Sequence record: ON286974
Direction: 5' to 3' (one strand)
Length of the DNA: 64,000 bases
Source of the DNA: Escherichia phage W115
Within the stretch, counting starts at the first letter, position 1; each line of letters starts with the position of its first letter. Shown here piece after piece: positions 62,803-64,000 of this stretch. The notes below the pieces were generated by a model. The model saw only the letters and a program-made list of their open reading frames with translations, searched no databases and was not told where the DNA came from. Both the position numbers and the translations under genes were made by a program.

Positions 62803-63804
62803 TTAGTAATGGCTAAAACCTTCGGTCACATCTTCAACCACATAGTAACGATGACAGCGCATTTTGGCATTTGCATAATCTTTCGGGATACTTACAACGT
62901 GACGCGGATCAACTTTGCATTTAATGATTCGGCCTCGTCCACCGCCATAGTGCGGAATATAGTGTTTCGCTGCAACGTGGAGGCCATTAGAGCAAGTGCG
63001 ATCATCATCTGGGTCCACGTCTTTACGCTTCATTTTAACCGTGCGACCTGGGCTATTATCAAACGTATGCGTAAAGAAATCTTTATAATCAACATCAACA
63101 CGTTTCCATGCATAGAAACAACCATCTTCCACGATCTCAATGTCGTTGTGCTCTAAGAAGTCAAATAGACGATCTACGGCCTTACGGCTAGGGTTTTTCT
63201 TGCACTTCTCAAAGAAGTTCAGATAGTGCGTATATGGCTTATTCTCTTTAATCGACTCCACAACTCGACGAGTCAGATTATTATCAAGAACAATATTATG
63301 ATAATACACAATACCATTTTCGATACGGAAAGCACCGTGATAATATACTTCAACCGCTTTCTTAATGTCAATCAGCGTAATAGCTTTGATGAAATCATTA
63401 TGTTTAATCGCTTCCAGTGCTTCATTAAAGTTAACATGTGATGGATCAGCAGTATAAACAATGTCACCACATGTAATAGTAATAAACTTAGTTGAGGCTA
63501 TGGCTACGATTTTTGAGGAAGTAGTCACGGGCTTTTTTGCGCGTTCACCGCCTTTTCCTTTACTGGTTTTACGGCGTGCTTTACGTTTTTCTAGTGCCTT
63601 ACGACCTTCCGCTACTGCGTCTTTCTGAATCAGTAATACGCGGGAAGCAGTACGACGAGATACACCAAATGCTGCCGCAAGTGCTTCGCGGGTAGTAAAC
63701 TTACCTTCACCCCACTGTTTAGCCAGTTTGATTTGTTTCGCAGAATCCAGGCATTGAACGTTACGGTCAGAGACGGTGATTTTTGCTTTAGTCATAGTAT
63801 TCAT
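62803..63804 (-). CDS. putative DNA-binding protein with N-terminal HTH and Cys/His-rich C-terminal domain
   Basis: 333 aa; N-terminus REALAAAFGVSRRTASRVL HTH-like; basic linker; C-terminal Cys/His-rich region. Confidence 0.4.
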   Translation of the reverse strand: MNTMTKAKITVSDRNVQCLDSAKQIKLAKQWGEGKFTTREALAAAFGVSRRTASRVLLIQKDAVAEGRKALEKRKARRKTSKGKGGERAKKPVTTSSKIVAIASTKFITITCGDIVYTADPSHVNFNEALEAIKHNDFIKAITLIDIKKAVEVYYHGAFRIENGIVYYHNIVLDNNLTRRVVESIKENKPYTHYLNFFEKCKKNPSRKAVDRLFDFLEHNDIEIVEDGCFYAWKRVDVDYKDFFTHTFDNSPGRTVKMKRKDVDPDDDRTCSNGLHVAAKHYIPHYGGGRGRIIKCKVDPRHVVSIPKDYANAKMRCHRYYVVEDVTEGFSHY

Positions 63805-63857
63805 TCCTCTATTAGTTGGGCGACTATCGCCGCCCGATTCACATCATTATACCAGAA

Positions 63858-63989
63858 TTACTTTGCTTCGACAACCTTGCGGATTGTGCGGTCTGATACA
63901 TTATAGATTCGTGCCAGTTCGCCTTTAGTCAAGCCGCGAGCGTATTGTTTACGGATGGTTTCTTTCTGGATAGCGGTCAGTTTAGTCAT
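63858..63989 (-). CDS. small HTH protein (43 aa)
   Basis: Unlisted ORF MTKLTAIQKETIRKQYARGLTKGELARIYNVSDRTIRKVVEAK with GAGGTG RBS; HTH-like. Confidence 0.4.
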   Translation of the reverse strand: MTKLTAIQKETIRKQYARGLTKGELARIYNVSDRTIRKVVEAK

Positions 63990-64000
63990 AATATCACCTC

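Noticed and set aside
1-64000. tRNA, rRNA, integrase or transposase genes
   Set aside because: No cloverleaf-like conserved tRNA segments were noticed in intergenic regions, and no ORF showed integrase or transposase motifs; this was a visual scan only and would need a dedicated tRNA and profile search to be firm.

Overview
This window is a contiguous segment of a T4-like (Tevenvirinae-type) myovirus genome, running from hoc/inh through uvsW/uvsY, the baseplate hub cluster (25-26-51-27-28-29-48-54), alt, DNA ligase (30), gp31, cd, pseT, spanins, rnlA, denA, nrdB/nrdA, td, frd, gp32/59/33/dsbA/rnh, the long tail fibre genes 34-35-36-37, holin t and topoisomerase subunit gp52. All calls rest on reading the six-frame translations, recalled motif-level similarity to T4 proteins and T4 gene order; no database search was run. 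Core genes are interrupted by three hyperplastic blocks (about 15.4-23.6 kb, 31.0-32.3 kb, 55.1-59.8 kb) packed with small minus-strand ORFs, most behind a repeated early-promoter cassette with a stem-loop between -35 and -10 (PeSL-like). The most interesting candidates are: a translationally coupled five-gene early operon with a compact C5-methyltransferase-like protein, a Zn-ribbon protein and a DUF262/ParB-like protein; a six-member small-protein family with an HxHW...VIAVDV signature; a CYTH-like protein inserted between dsbA and rnh; NADAR-like and DUF2829 (Tad2-like) anti-defence candidates; a second Alt-family ADP-ribosyltransferase coupled to a lipoprotein; gp37 carrying a C-terminal intramolecular chaperone domain with no gp38; and a secreted LprI-like protein. 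No tRNA, rRNA, CRISPR array or transposon was recognised. Coordinates of sub-60-aa genes and re-assigned starts were derived by hand and may be off by a few bases.
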